Under the pieces are notes generated by a model. It had not been told where the DNA came from, did not search any database, and saw only the letters and a program-made list of their open reading frames with translations. Made by a program: the position numbers and the translations under genes. Below, piece after piece: positions 21,651 through 31,851 of a stretch of DNA of 64,000 nucleotides. This stretch comes from Candidatus Entotheonellaceae bacterium (GTDB lineage Bacteria; Tectomicrobia; Entotheonellia; Entotheonellales; Entotheonellaceae): positions 320,001-384,000 of the forward strand of contig OZ250173.1 of NCBI GenBank assembly GCA_965238075.1, given 5' to 3'. The first letter of the stretch is position 1, and each line of letters begins with the position of its first letter.

Positions 21651-22304
21651 TCAGGCCGCCGGTCCGCCGGCCAAGCGACGACTTCCGTCGCCTTGGTAGA
21701 CGTATTCAAACGTCATGCAGCCCGCCACGTTGCCGGTGCAATAGTAGCTCAGCATCCGCATTTTGGCGTACTTGCCTTCCTGTGTGCGGATGACGTAAAC
21801 CTCCGGCTTGGGGGCCAGCACGTTGGCCAGATAGCTGTAGTTGTACCATTTCTCCAGAACCGGATTGGAAGGATGCAGGCGGTTCTTGGGGTGAACGTCG
21901 GCCTGAAATTCAGCGTCTCCGGGCACCTTGGACACGGCGCCGAAATCCCGCCTGCGGAGCTTCAGCACGGCGCCTTGGCCGTCGGGATTGCTGGGGCCGC
22001 CGTTGGTCTTCATCACGTAGCGCTTGAAGGCAAGGTCCCAGGCGTCTTTTTTGGGATTGAGGACCGGCACCACGGCGCCGCGGGAGAAATCGAAATAGAC
22101 CCAGACGTTTTGGGTACGGGCGTCGATGGTATAGACGATCGGCTCGGTAAGATACTCGACGATTTCCACAGGTCTCGGCGGTGTGGGGCTGTAGGTGGCC
22201 GAGGCGGGGTCGAATCCATCGCCTGCCACCCGCTCACAGCCCGTCGCAGAGAGGGCACAAAGACCGGCCAACACCAGCAGGCAGCATCCCTTAACGGCTT
22301 CCAT
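21651..22304 (-). CDS. HmuY-family lipoprotein
   Basis: Lipobox ATGC; WVYFDF, WDLAFKRY...TNGG, YVIRTQEGKYAKMRMLSYY. Confidence 0.8.
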   Translation of the reverse strand: MEAVKGCCLLVLAGLCALSATGCERVAGDGFDPASATYSPTPPRPVEIVEYLTEPIVYTIDARTQNVWVYFDFSRGAVVPVLNPKKDAWDLAFKRYVMKTNGGPSNPDGQGAVLKLRRRDFGAVSKVPGDAEFQADVHPKNRLHPSNPVLEKWYNYSYLANVLAPKPEVYVIRTQEGKYAKMRMLSYYCTGNVAGCMTFEYVYQGDGSRRLAGGPAA

Positions 22305-22524
22305 TACGGCTCCCCTCACGAACCAGGCGGCGCAGGCGCACGTGCCGCCGCATGGGCAGGTAAATCAGGAAATAGATGCCGCAGCCGATGCCAACGTTCA
22401 GCACGCCGAGAATGAGCACGGTATGGTCGTAGCCGTGTTTCACCAAGTGATGATAGGCCAGCCAATCGGCCAGGCCCAGGAAGGCGACGTGCACTAGCAG
22501 GCCGACCATGAGGTAGAGGTTCAT
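22291..22524 (-). CDS. Small two-TM hypothetical protein
   Basis: Two hydrophobic helices; overlaps both neighbours; start could be 22533. Confidence 0.55.
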   Translation of the reverse strand: MNLYLMVGLLVHVAFLGLADWLAYHHLVKHGYDHTVLILGVLNVGIGCGIYFLIYLPMRRHVRLRRLVREGSRNGSR

Positions 22525-23039
22525 GACGCCCATGAGCCGCTCCCCGTAGAATGCATGGGCGGGTTCTCGGACCTGGCGGGCGGGCCCCCGGTTGCCTCGA
22601 TTCGCCACCAGGCTTGGCCCAATCCGGCCCACAACAGACACGCGGCGTTGATCGCTGTCAGCACCAGCGCCGCCGTGTGAAACGGCGATTTCAGGAACAG
22701 GCCACCCCGCAACAAGGCGACGACGCGGGCGCAGACCAGTAGCCCGAGCAGCAGGGTGAAACTGATCTGATAGGCTTTGTGCTGGCCGCTGGCGCGTTGA
22801 AGGAACGACACCCCGACGCCGGTGCGACGATAGATGAGGAATGGAAAGACGACCGCTATAATGCCGCCGAGGATGAAGAATACGGTGGGGTCCGACATGC
22901 CGCGCTGGGTGCTCTGCATGCTGGTGAGATACTGAGCGCCGAACAGGTAATAAATGCCATAGATGAAATAAACGATAGCGGCAATGGTGTGACGCCTCTG
23001 CAGGGGGTTTTCAGCAGGTCGGATTAGCGGTTGCGCCAT
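22521..23039 (-). CDS. Hypothetical membrane protein
   Basis: About four TM helices; operon-like coupling with downstream genes. Confidence 0.6.
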   Translation of the reverse strand: MAQPLIRPAENPLQRRHTIAAIVYFIYGIYYLFGAQYLTSMQSTQRGMSDPTVFFILGGIIAVVFPFLIYRRTGVGVSFLQRASGQHKAYQISFTLLLGLLVCARVVALLRGGLFLKSPFHTAALVLTAINAACLLWAGLGQAWWRIEATGGPPARSENPPMHSTGSGSWAS

Positions 23040-23166
23040 TGCGGGATGTCCATCGCTTCGATTCGGCCCAAAGTGTCTTGAATCCGTTGGTTAACGTGGC
23101 CGAAAGCATAGCAGCGGTACGGGTGGGGCGCAATGCTGGCACCCGTGCAAGAAAGGCATCCGGACA

Positions 23167-24216
23167 ATGACGACGCCATCCCCAATCGCGCCGACCGCGG
23201 CATACCCGCAACGCCTGAGCGTGGCGCCGATGATGGACCGCACCGACCGGCACTACCGCTACTTCATGCGCCAGATCACCCGGCACACCTTGCTGTACAC
23301 CGAAATGATCACCACCGCGGCGCTGATGCACGGCGATACCGGACGCTTCCTGGCATTCTCGGAGGCGGAAAAGCCCCTGGCCCTGCAGCTCGGCGGCGAC
23401 GATCCGGCGGCGCTGGCGCACTGCGCGCGGCTGGCCGAGGACTGGGGGTACGACGAGGTGAATCTCAACGTCGGCTGCCCCAGCGACCGGGTGAAGCAGG
23501 GTCACTTCGGCGCCTGCCTGATGGCGCAGCCGGAGGTGGTAGCGCGCGGCGTCGAGGCCATGCGGCGGACGACGCCGCTGCGGGTGACGGTCAAACACCG
23601 CATCGGCATCGACGGGCTGGAGCGTTATGAAGACATGGAGCGGTTTGTCAGCGTCGTCGCCGGGGCGGGCTGTGAGAGCTTTATCGTGCACGCCCGCATC
23701 GCCGTCCTGCGGGGTCTGAGCCCGAAGGAGAACCGCACCGTGCCGCCGTTGCGGTACGACGACGTGTATCGCCTGAAGGCGGCGCATCCGCGGTTGCACA
23801 TCGCCATCAACGGCGGCATTAAGACTCTGCAACAGGCTACCGAACATTTGCCGACGGTGGACGGCGTCATGATCGGGCGGGCAGCGTACGACGAGCCGTT
23901 TCTGTTCGCCCTGGCGGACAATGTTTTCTTCGGAGAGCAGTCCGTGCCACCGAGCCGTCGGCAAGTCCTGGAGGCGATGCTGCCGTATCTTGAGAAATGG
24001 ACGGCGGAGGGCCTGGCGCCGCACCGCATCACGCGCCACCTATTGGGCCTGTTCGCCCACCAGCCCGCCGCACGGGCCTGGCGCCGGATGCTTAGCGAGC
24101 AAGCTCTGACTGCGGGCACCGCAATCACCGTTCTGCGAGCCGCCTTGTGCGACCTCCCAGCAAGAGTTCTCGACGCCCGGCCACAGCCGCTTAGCTGTCC
24201 CCTGCCAGTGCAATAG
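23167..24216 (+). CDS. dusA: tRNA dihydrouridine(20/20a) synthase
   Basis: SVAPMMDRTDRH, NLNVGCPSDRV, VKHRIG, LSPKENRTVPPLRY. Confidence 0.93.
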   Translation: MTTPSPIAPTAAYPQRLSVAPMMDRTDRHYRYFMRQITRHTLLYTEMITTAALMHGDTGRFLAFSEAEKPLALQLGGDDPAALAHCARLAEDWGYDEVNLNVGCPSDRVKQGHFGACLMAQPEVVARGVEAMRRTTPLRVTVKHRIGIDGLERYEDMERFVSVVAGAGCESFIVHARIAVLRGLSPKENRTVPPLRYDDVYRLKAAHPRLHIAINGGIKTLQQATEHLPTVDGVMIGRAAYDEPFLFALADNVFFGEQSVPPSRRQVLEAMLPYLEKWTAEGLAPHRITRHLLGLFAHQPAARAWRRMLSEQALTAGTAITVLRAALCDLPARVLDARPQPLSCPLPVQ

Positions 24217-24469
24217 CCTCATCGATCAGCATGATCGGAATGTCGTCGCGAATCGGGTAGAAGTAATGCCGGTCTGCCCGGATCAGGGCACCGTCAATCG
24301 GCTCCCTAACCGGTGCTCCCCGCCGGGTCGCCAATTCCCGGCGAGCAATCCGTTGGTTGATGTCCGACACCTCATCCGGCTCGGCCAGAGTGAGGGATTG
24401 TTTCGTCTCCGGACAAACGAGAATATCGATTAATTCTTGATTGATGGCCATGCCGTCACCTTCTGTCAT
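24191..24469 (-). CDS. Trm112-like (UPF0434) protein
   Basis: LIDILVCPETK...YPIRDDIPIML. Confidence 0.85.
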   Translation of the reverse strand: MTEGDGMAINQELIDILVCPETKQSLTLAEPDEVSDINQRIARRELATRRGAPVREPIDGALIRADRHYFYPIRDDIPIMLIDEAIALAGDS

Positions 24470-24927
24470 CGTTGCTGCGAATCACCTATCCCCGCCGGAC
24501 CCGGCTTATGCCACCACCTGTCGTTGGCCTCCACTGGATCGTAAATTCGCCATCTGCCGTGTTTGCGAATGCGTGGCGCCACGAGCCGCTCGTTGCCCTC
24601 GTGCATAAGCCGCTCCGCCGTCAGAACGAATGCCAGCAACGCGCCGTGCTTGGCGAACGCCTGCCGCGCGGAGGCCGAGCCCAGTGGGATACATGGCGGA
24701 ACGCGCCCCGTCGACCAGCGAAATGACGGTATAAAACAAGCGCAGGTAGGCGTCGAACACCTGCACCGGAATGGAAGACGATTTGGAAATGGGAACCACT
24801 TGGAAGCGGGGGGGGGATTTTGGGGCCCGCATCGGATTGGCGTCGGGTTGCGCCAACGCCGTCGAGCCCCAGAAGAGCGTGCTCAGCGTAAAGCCCAGCC
24901 TAGCGAGACCATGAGCCGGGATATCAC
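24466..24927 (-). pseudogene. YidD-like (membrane protein insertion efficiency factor) gene, frameshifted
   Basis: ISLVDGARSAMYPTG, frame change near 24683, then SARQAFAKHGALLAFVLTAERLMHE...YDPV; 5' boundary approximate. Confidence 0.6.
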
Positions 24928-24976
24928 CGTTGCGCGCCGCTGTCGGTGCCCTGTCGCAAGCCGTCTCACCTGGCGC

Positions 24977-26227
24977 TCAACCCCAGTGCAGCAGGCGATG
25001 CGCCTGACGCGTCAACTCGGGAATGGACAACCCGTAGGGGCACGAACCGAGGCAGCGTTGGTGCGTACACTCGGCACAGGCGGCGGCGTTGTGCGCCAGT
25101 TTGGCGTAACCCTCCATCGCCATGCGCTCGGCGCCGTAATCCTCGAAGTACATTTTGTGGCGCAGCACGTCGGCAATCTGCACGTTCTCCGGGCACGACG
25201 ACTCACAGGCGTCGCACAGCGGACGGCAATAGGTGCCGTCGTTCAGGGTCACGTAGCGGCGCAGCAGGTCCATGTCGCGCCGCGTCACCTTGCTGCCGCC
25301 GGAAGCGACGAGAAACTCGTCGATGTCACTGGGCGAACGCATGGTGACGATCAAGGCGTCAACGTCGTCGTTCGACAGCACCCAGCGAAAAGCGGCCTGG
25401 GAGAACGTGGCGCCGTCCTTCTGGTACGGTTCCATGTCGTTCAGTTTGGCGCCGCGCAGCGTTTTCATGGCAATGACGCCCATACCTGCAGCCTTTGCCT
25501 TTTGCAGCATGCGTGGCAGGTCCGGGTTCACCGCGATAAAGTCGAAGCGGCGTGTTAGTTTCTGCACAAATGACGGGTCCTGGCCGAAGTTGTACGCCAC
25601 CAGCATCACGTCGAACTTGCCGCTGTCAATGGCGTAATCCAGGCACTCGATAAGCCGGCCGCCGTGGCCGGAAAGGCCAACGTAGCGAATCTTGCCCTGC
25701 TCCTTGGCGCGTTCGGTAAAGGCGTGGAATTCGGGATTCTGGACGCGCCTTACATCGTTCACGGCATGGGTGAAATAGACATCGATGTAATCGGTGCGCA
25801 GCCGCCGCAGGCTTCCCTCCAGGGTGCGCATCATTTCACCCTGCCGGACATGCGGGCCGAAGCCGCCCTTACTGGCAATGTAAACCTGGTCGCGCTTGCC
25901 CTCGAGCGCCTGACCGATGATGGTTTCGGAGTTGCCGCCGGTGTAGCTCTCGGCCGTGTCGAAGTAGTTGATACCTTTGTCCAAAGCGTAATGCACCAAA
26001 TCGCCGTCAGCGCGCAGCCGTGAGCCGCCGAAGCTGATATCCGACATGCGGATGTCGGTCGTGCCCAGCCGTCTGTGCTGCTTGATCGCGGCGGCCGCGT
26101 GCAACGTCTCCGGAGCCGCCGCAGTCAACCCGGATGCGGCGCCAAGCGCCACGCCGCCGAGGGCGAGCTGTTGCAGGAAGGTTCGACGCTTAACACCTAC
26201 AGATTTGTCACCATCGGGGGACGGCAT
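24977..26227 (-). CDS. Aldo/keto reductase with Tat signal and C-terminal Fe-S cysteine motifs
   Basis: KRRTFLQ, GINYFDTAESY, SLRRLRTDYID, CRPLCDACESSCP and CAECTHQRCLGSCP. Confidence 0.88.
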   Translation of the reverse strand: MPSPDGDKSVGVKRRTFLQQLALGGVALGAASGLTAAAPETLHAAAAIKQHRRLGTTDIRMSDISFGGSRLRADGDLVHYALDKGINYFDTAESYTGGNSETIIGQALEGKRDQVYIASKGGFGPHVRQGEMMRTLEGSLRRLRTDYIDVYFTHAVNDVRRVQNPEFHAFTERAKEQGKIRYVGLSGHGGRLIECLDYAIDSGKFDVMLVAYNFGQDPSFVQKLTRRFDFIAVNPDLPRMLQKAKAAGMGVIAMKTLRGAKLNDMEPYQKDGATFSQAAFRWVLSNDDVDALIVTMRSPSDIDEFLVASGGSKVTRRDMDLLRRYVTLNDGTYCRPLCDACESSCPENVQIADVLRHKMYFEDYGAERMAMEGYAKLAHNAAACAECTHQRCLGSCPYGLSIPELTRQAHRLLHWG

Positions 26228-26439
26228 AGTTAACTCCTCACCACACGAGTTTTAAGACAACGAGAAGCGAAATTGCGGGGATAACCTCAGGGTCGGTTTG
26301 AAAACTTCGGCCATTATGCGGCATCGCCAAGGAGGCGTGCAAGGCACCCACAGGACGCCCGGCAACGCTAGATCAATCGTAGGCCTAGGCTTGGGAATGG
26401 GAATGGGCGCCGCGTTAGCAAGAGGCGTCTGACAACTTG

Positions 26440-27372
26440 TCAGCCATGTTCCGTCCCTGATCCGAAATACGCTGCCGTCCGCGCCAAGCCGTCCGCCAGG
26501 GCCGTTCGCGGCCGCCAATCCAATTGGCGCGTAATCCGATTGATATCCAGAACGCTGCGACGCTGCTCGCCCGCTTTGGCCGGTGCGTACTCAGGATGGG
26601 CTGAGCTACGGGTGAACCCTTTGAGGTGGACGAAGATGTCGTTAATGGAGGTCTCCACGCCGGTGCCGACGTTGAAGGCCCCGTGGGCGTTGGATTGCAT
26701 GGCGAGGACGTTGGCTTCAACCACGTCGTCAACGTATACAAAATCGCGCGTCTGGCAGCCGTCACCATTGATACGCACGGGCTCGCCGCGCAGCAACCGA
26801 TCCGCAAACAGGGCAATCACCCCGGACTCGCCGCGGGTGCTCTGACGCGGACCGTAGACGTTGGCGTACCGGAGCGCTGCGTAAGACAGGCCATGCACGC
26901 TATGGAAGCACCGCAAATAGTGCTCGCAGGCCAGCTTGGCGGCGCCGTAGGGGGAGACGGGTTGCAGGGGATGGGTCTCGTCCGCCGGAAACGTTTCCTG
27001 CTCGCCGTAGATGGCGCCGCCGCTGGAGGCGAAAACGAGGCGTTCAACCCTGTGATGCTGGCAAGCTTCCAGAAGATTGAGCAGGCCGATGACGTTGACC
27101 GACGCGTCGTGTACCGGGTTGGCTACGGAATGCCGCACACTCACTTGCGCCGCATGGTGGAATACAACCTGTGGTCTTTCGTGGGTCAAAATGTCGCTCA
27201 GCGCTTGGCCGTCGCGAATATCCGTTCGGTAAAACGCCGCCTGCGGGTGAACATGCGCCGCGCAGCCGGAAGATAAATCGTCGACGGCAATGGCCTCGTG
27301 GCCATCCGCGATCAGCCGGTCAACGAGATGCGAACCGATAAACCCGGCACCGCCCGTTACCAGAACCTTCAC
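26440..27372 (-). CDS. NAD-dependent epimerase/dehydratase (GalE-like)
   Basis: TGGAGFIG, SSGGAIYG, YGAAK, LRYANVYGP. Confidence 0.9.
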   Translation of the reverse strand: MKVLVTGGAGFIGSHLVDRLIADGHEAIAVDDLSSGCAAHVHPQAAFYRTDIRDGQALSDILTHERPQVVFHHAAQVSVRHSVANPVHDASVNVIGLLNLLEACQHHRVERLVFASSGGAIYGEQETFPADETHPLQPVSPYGAAKLACEHYLRCFHSVHGLSYAALRYANVYGPRQSTRGESGVIALFADRLLRGEPVRINGDGCQTRDFVYVDDVVEANVLAMQSNAHGAFNVGTGVETSINDIFVHLKGFTRSSAHPEYAPAKAGEQRRSVLDINRITRQLDWRPRTALADGLARTAAYFGSGTEHG

Positions 27373-28715
27373 TCAGCCGCCTCGACGGAGATTTCCGGCA
27401 GGCGCCATTCCGCCTTGAAGGCGCGTTCCATGGACTGCCGCGCTTCCAGAGCCTCAAAGGTGTCCGGCAGCGTGACGTCCTGCCAGCACACCGGCGAACC
27501 GGCCGCCACGTCGCGCTTCAGGGTAACGCCGTGTGCTAAGCCGATGGGTAGACCGCCGAGCGTCAGGCTGTCGCGGGCCGTCATCAGCCTACCCCACACC
27601 GTATAGCCGCCCTCGCCGTCCAGTACCTCGCCAGCCGAGAGTTGCCGCTTTGCCGTTGCCACCACATCGCCGCGGAAGCCCGTCATGCAGCCGGTCGGCT
27701 CGCGGCGCAGGGCCGCCGAGAAGATGGACACGTTCAACTCCAGGCCGATCAGATGATACGGCTTATACATGGCGGCATAGCGCCCCGTGTCATCGGTGAT
27801 GAGGCCGTACTTCTCGAAACAGTCCGCGGCGTAGGCATTCGGCGCTTCGAACACCACATATACGCCCCAGCGCAGGTCTCGAAATACGGGTCGGCCATCG
27901 CGTTCCATGGATGAAACGACTTCCACTTGCCCCTTATGGTGCAGCAATCCGCCCTCCTCGGCAGGCCGCATGACGTGGGGCAGGTCGTCGGTGCCACACG
28001 GCGGAAACGTCAAGCCGCCGGGTGCCGGCGTCAAGCCGGTGGCGTTGCCAATGGCCGCCATTTCGATGGCCGACTTGGTGCCATCAAGGAAGGAGTTGAA
28101 CATTTGCGAATTCATGCGTGCCGCCTCGGCCTGGGCGGCGGTCAGGCCGTAGTAGTCCCACACCGTGGCCGGCGTCGAGGCGTGATAGACCGGCAAGTAC
28201 TGGGTGCCCTTCCCCGCCGCCGCCACCTCGAAGCCGCACAGGCGGCCCCAGTCCACGAGCTCGCAGGTCAGGGCCGGCTGATCGCCGTAGGCCATCGAGT
28301 ACACGATGCCGGCGGCCTCGGCTTCGCGCGCCAGCAATGGCCCGGCCAGCACGTCCGCCTCCACGTTCACCATGACGATGTCCTTACCTTCGCGCATGGC
28401 TCGTCTGGCGTGGGTCACGCCGGCGGGCGGATGTCCCGTCGCCTCGACCACCACGTCAACATCGTTCGCCGCGATCAGCGTACCGCCATCTTCCACGTAG
28501 CGGGTGCACGCAACGCGCTCCGGCTCCCAGCCGACCGCGGCACAGATGTCCCGCGCCCGCTGGGGGTCGAGGTCGGCAATGACGCTGACCTCCAACCCCT
28601 CGGTGGTCGGCACCTGCGACAGAAACATCGAGCCGAACTTGCCGGCACCGATCAGGCCGACACGCACCGGGCCGTTATCCCGCAATCGCTGCTGCAGAAG
28701 TTGGTTCAGGCTCAT
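27369..28715 (-). CDS. Homoserine-dehydrogenase-like NAD(P) oxidoreductase with C-terminal SAF domain
   Basis: GAGKFG, MVNVEAD, GDQP, DGTKSAIEM, LDGEGGYTV. Confidence 0.85.
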   Translation of the reverse strand: MSLNQLLQQRLRDNGPVRVGLIGAGKFGSMFLSQVPTTEGLEVSVIADLDPQRARDICAAVGWEPERVACTRYVEDGGTLIAANDVDVVVEATGHPPAGVTHARRAMREGKDIVMVNVEADVLAGPLLAREAEAAGIVYSMAYGDQPALTCELVDWGRLCGFEVAAAGKGTQYLPVYHASTPATVWDYYGLTAAQAEAARMNSQMFNSFLDGTKSAIEMAAIGNATGLTPAPGGLTFPPCGTDDLPHVMRPAEEGGLLHHKGQVEVVSSMERDGRPVFRDLRWGVYVVFEAPNAYAADCFEKYGLITDDTGRYAAMYKPYHLIGLELNVSIFSAALRREPTGCMTGFRGDVVATAKRQLSAGEVLDGEGGYTVWGRLMTARDSLTLGGLPIGLAHGVTLKRDVAAGSPVCWQDVTLPDTFEALEARQSMERAFKAEWRLPEISVEAAE

Positions 28716-28717
28716 GG

Positions 28718-29524
28718 CTATCCCAGGGCGGGCTGGGCGCTCTCCTGCTCAGCCAACTCCAGCAGGCAGTCGTCCGCGAGAGGTTCGATGGGCGTGAAAT
28801 CCCGGTGGGCGATAAACTCGGGGCGTTTGAATCGGCGGATGTGGTTGTTCACCTCGCACAGGCTGAGATACACGATGGCGCGCCGCCACGGGCTGATGTT
28901 CGGCGGGCTGGCGTGCACCAGATTGCCGTGAAACAGCACGACGTCCCCCGGCGGTCCGGTCGGCGCCACGATGCCGCCCTCATCCGCCAGCCGCGCGATG
29001 GTTTCGCGGTCCAGCGTCCACAGGGGATAGCTGGTGCCCTCAAGGTCATGCCCGGCGGCCAACACGCCGCGCTTGTGACTCTTGGGGATGAACAGGAGGG
29101 GCCCATTGGCAGCCGTGACCTCTTCGAGAAACACGGCGATGTTCATGGCACGCGGCTCCGGCATCTCATCGTCGCGCTGCCACACCCCGTAATCCTGGTG
29201 CCACTGCCAAACCTCGCCGTCAAAGGCCGCCTTGGCGTTGACCTTGTACTGGTGCATGTATACCTGGCCGCCGAGGAGCTGCATGACCGGCTCTACCAAT
29301 CGCGGGTGCCGGCCAAGGCGTCGGAACCCCTCGCTGTACGTGTGCGCCGCGAATGCCGTGCGGGGCGCGCCGCTGGTCTCGCGCCACACCTCTTCGCGCT
29401 GCAGCCCGAACAGCCGCTCGGCCTCTGCCCGCAAAGGAGCAATCTCTTCAGACGTAAATCGACCGGGCAAAAACAGATAGCCCTGCTCGTGATACTCGGC
29501 CAGTTGTGCGTCAGTTAGTTGCAT
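28718..29524 (-). CDS. Fe(II)/2-oxoglutarate dioxygenase, PhyH/ectoine-hydroxylase-like
   Basis: WHQD, NGPL...SH, LVHASPPN...R facial triad. Confidence 0.88.
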   Translation of the reverse strand: MQLTDAQLAEYHEQGYLFLPGRFTSEEIAPLRAEAERLFGLQREEVWRETSGAPRTAFAAHTYSEGFRRLGRHPRLVEPVMQLLGGQVYMHQYKVNAKAAFDGEVWQWHQDYGVWQRDDEMPEPRAMNIAVFLEEVTAANGPLLFIPKSHKRGVLAAGHDLEGTSYPLWTLDRETIARLADEGGIVAPTGPPGDVVLFHGNLVHASPPNISPWRRAIVYLSLCEVNNHIRRFKRPEFIAHRDFTPIEPLADDCLLELAEQESAQPALG

Positions 29525-29565
29525 AAGGATACCCTCTCAACTCTATGCCTCGATGGTTCATAATG

Positions 29566-29594
29566 AAACGGAGCCGGTTGGCGTACCGGCTCCG
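29566..29594 (-). terminator. Probable intrinsic terminator after the cyclase gene
   Basis: CGGAGCCGGT-6nt-ACCGGCTCCG perfect stem, followed by TTT on the minus strand. Confidence 0.5.
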
Positions 29595-29611
29595 AGATCA
29601 AGGTTTTTGTC

Positions 29612-30673
29612 CTACCAGGCCGCAATCGGATTGCCCGGGGAACCCGTGGCGCCGATAAGCTTGAGCGGCGACCAGGTGAACAGGAACTCGTAGGCCTGTT
29701 CCTGAGACAGAACGTCCAGGTCGAGGTTTTCGAAGTTGGTAATGCCGCGCCGGACGATCAGGTTCATGTGGCAATAGGCGGCGGAATCGGTCTGGATGTT
29801 GGGTCCGATGACCTCCAAGGCCCAGGTGTCAGAACCCACCATGGCGATCTTTTTGTCAGCCAAGTGGTCGCACACTTCCGGGCTCAGTCCGGGTTCGCCG
29901 GAGCCGTGTTCAGCGTTATTTGCCGCGCGCTCCGCGGCCGGCGCATTGTAATCTTTCCACAGGCTGTTCCAGCCGGTGCGAACCAGCACCACATCGCCTA
30001 CGTCCGCGTCGTCAATGCCCTGCGCCTCAAGAGCAGCTCGGTAATCCGCCATGGTGACGGCATAGCCCTTTTCCAAGCGATTGGTACCTTTTAACGCGGC
30101 GACGTCAATCAGGATGCCGCGGGTAAAAAAACCGACTTGGGCCACGTGCTCGGTGCCAACCTTTTTCAACCCGCGCGGATTGCCAACGTCTTCCAGTCGG
30201 AACCGATTATAGAAATAGTTGCCATCTTCCCACCCCGAGACGCCTTGCACACGGATCAATGGGTGTCCCAGACCATCCCACTGCGAACCGACCTGGCCGA
30301 TTTCCGCGGTCAAAATCTCGTCCATAAAGGTCATATCGTAGTTGTCACCGGGCCAACTGAACGGACCATGGGTGGGGGTACCGCCGCCGGGAATGCTCAG
30401 CGCGAACGTGCGACCGGGCACCAACGGCATGCCGTTGTAATAGGGCATGCCCAGCGTGGCGGTCATCCCCTTCTTCACGAGACGCGCTGCCGCAACTCTT
30501 TTCTCCGGTGTGATGCGATTGACTGCCCCAGCTTCATCCTCGGGGCCAAATTCGCTCGGCCACCAGTTTTCGTCCACCGGGTTGTTGCCGGCCAACACAC
30601 TGCCAGGAATCGAGCCAACCACGAACAGGACGACCACTGCGGAGATCAGCGACATTTTACCGAGGTTTCTCAT
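29612..30673 (-). CDS. Secreted cyclase-family (kynurenine formamidase-like) metal hydrolase
   Basis: Signal peptide; QVGSQWDGLGH, TRGILID, GDVVLVRTGW, ENL, GATGSP. Confidence 0.85.
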   Translation of the reverse strand: MRNLGKMSLISAVVVLFVVGSIPGSVLAGNNPVDENWWPSEFGPEDEAGAVNRITPEKRVAAARLVKKGMTATLGMPYYNGMPLVPGRTFALSIPGGGTPTHGPFSWPGDNYDMTFMDEILTAEIGQVGSQWDGLGHPLIRVQGVSGWEDGNYFYNRFRLEDVGNPRGLKKVGTEHVAQVGFFTRGILIDVAALKGTNRLEKGYAVTMADYRAALEAQGIDDADVGDVVLVRTGWNSLWKDYNAPAAERAANNAEHGSGEPGLSPEVCDHLADKKIAMVGSDTWALEVIGPNIQTDSAAYCHMNLIVRRGITNFENLDLDVLSQEQAYEFLFTWSPLKLIGATGSPGNPIAAW

Positions 30674-30870
30674 GTTCCCATTCTCCTCATCCCTTGCGAT
30701 AGATCCGTCGACAGAGAGACGGTTGTCCTTGTCAGAAGACAACGCACTTGACGGCGCTTGTTGTAGCATACGGACACCTGCATTACAATAATCCGGAATT
30801 CCACAAGCTCGCTATGTTCAGCCGCGTCCGCCGCGCGCTGCATCTCCCACACGACCGAGAGGAAAAGCCG

Positions 30871-31137
30871 ATGGCCAGGCAATGGACCCACACCCGGCAG
30901 GCACTGCAGCAACTCCGTCCAGCCGTCGCGGCCGCCTACCTCACCCGGCTGGCCATCAACGGCCCGCAGATTTACGCCAAAGCGCGCACCCTGCTGGCGC
31001 AATACCCCCTCCAAGACGACCGCTTCAAAATCCACATGATCAACTATCTGCGACAAACCCTGCCGGGCAGCATGGATACGGTTTACGAGGCCCTCTTGCA
31101 GGACATCATGGCCGACAAGGCGCAATTGGAAGCATGA
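30871..31137 (+). CDS. Hypothetical protein
   Basis: RBS GAGGA before ATG 30871; host-like codon usage. Confidence 0.5.
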   Translation: MARQWTHTRQALQQLRPAVAAAYLTRLAINGPQIYAKARTLLAQYPLQDDRFKIHMINYLRQTLPGSMDTVYEALLQDIMADKAQLEA

Positions 31138-31185
31138 ACCCCTGGTGTTTGGCGCGCGTCGAACGCCGATAGCAAGGAGTGAAGC

Positions 31186-31827
31186 ATGATTTTTGAACAG
31201 ATCGATGCCGGCGGCGACCGCAATTTCAGCTACCTGATCGGCGACGACGGGAACCGCACGTGCGCGGTCGTGGACCCCGGCTATGACACCTCGAAGCTTG
31301 AGGCGCGCGTCAAGGACCTCGGCTTGCAGGTGACCCATATTTTCAACACCCACACGCACCACGATCACGTCGCCGGCAACGGCGTCTTTCACACCGAAGG
31401 CGTCAAACTCGCCGCGTACAAGGACGCCAGCGTCAATCCGGACATCAAGCTGGACCACGGCAGCACCGTGCAGGTGGGGAGCAATACGGTGGAGGTGCTG
31501 TTCACACCGGGCCACTATCTGGATTCCATCTGCCTGTTGGTGAACGGCAAGCTGATGACCGGCGACACGCTGTTCGTCGGCTGCATCGGCGGCTCCGGCT
31601 TCCAGGGCAGCAGCGCCGAGAAGCAGCATCACAGCCTACTTGACGTCATCATGAAGCTGGACGACGCGGTCGAGGTCTACCCTGGCCACGATTACGGCCC
31701 GGCACCGTCCTCAACGATTGGCAACGAACGCGCCAACAACCCATTCTTGCACCGCACCGACTTGCAGGAATTCATGTGGCTGAAGGAAAACTGGGACGCC
31801 TACAAGGCCGAGCACGACATCCCATAA
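31186..31827 (+). CDS. MBL-fold hydrolase (glyoxalase II-like)
   Basis: THTHHDH, TPGH, TGDTLF, YPGHDY. Confidence 0.9.
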   Translation: MIFEQIDAGGDRNFSYLIGDDGNRTCAVVDPGYDTSKLEARVKDLGLQVTHIFNTHTHHDHVAGNGVFHTEGVKLAAYKDASVNPDIKLDHGSTVQVGSNTVEVLFTPGHYLDSICLLVNGKLMTGDTLFVGCIGGSGFQGSSAEKQHHSLLDVIMKLDDAVEVYPGHDYGPAPSSTIGNERANNPFLHRTDLQEFMWLKENWDAYKAEHDIP

Positions 31828-31851
31828 AACGCGCTGGCGATTCAAGGGGGC

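Noticed and set aside
28718-29524. Ectoine hydroxylase ectD
   Set aside because: The signature differs (WHQDYGVW) and no ect genes are adjacent, so no symbol was given.
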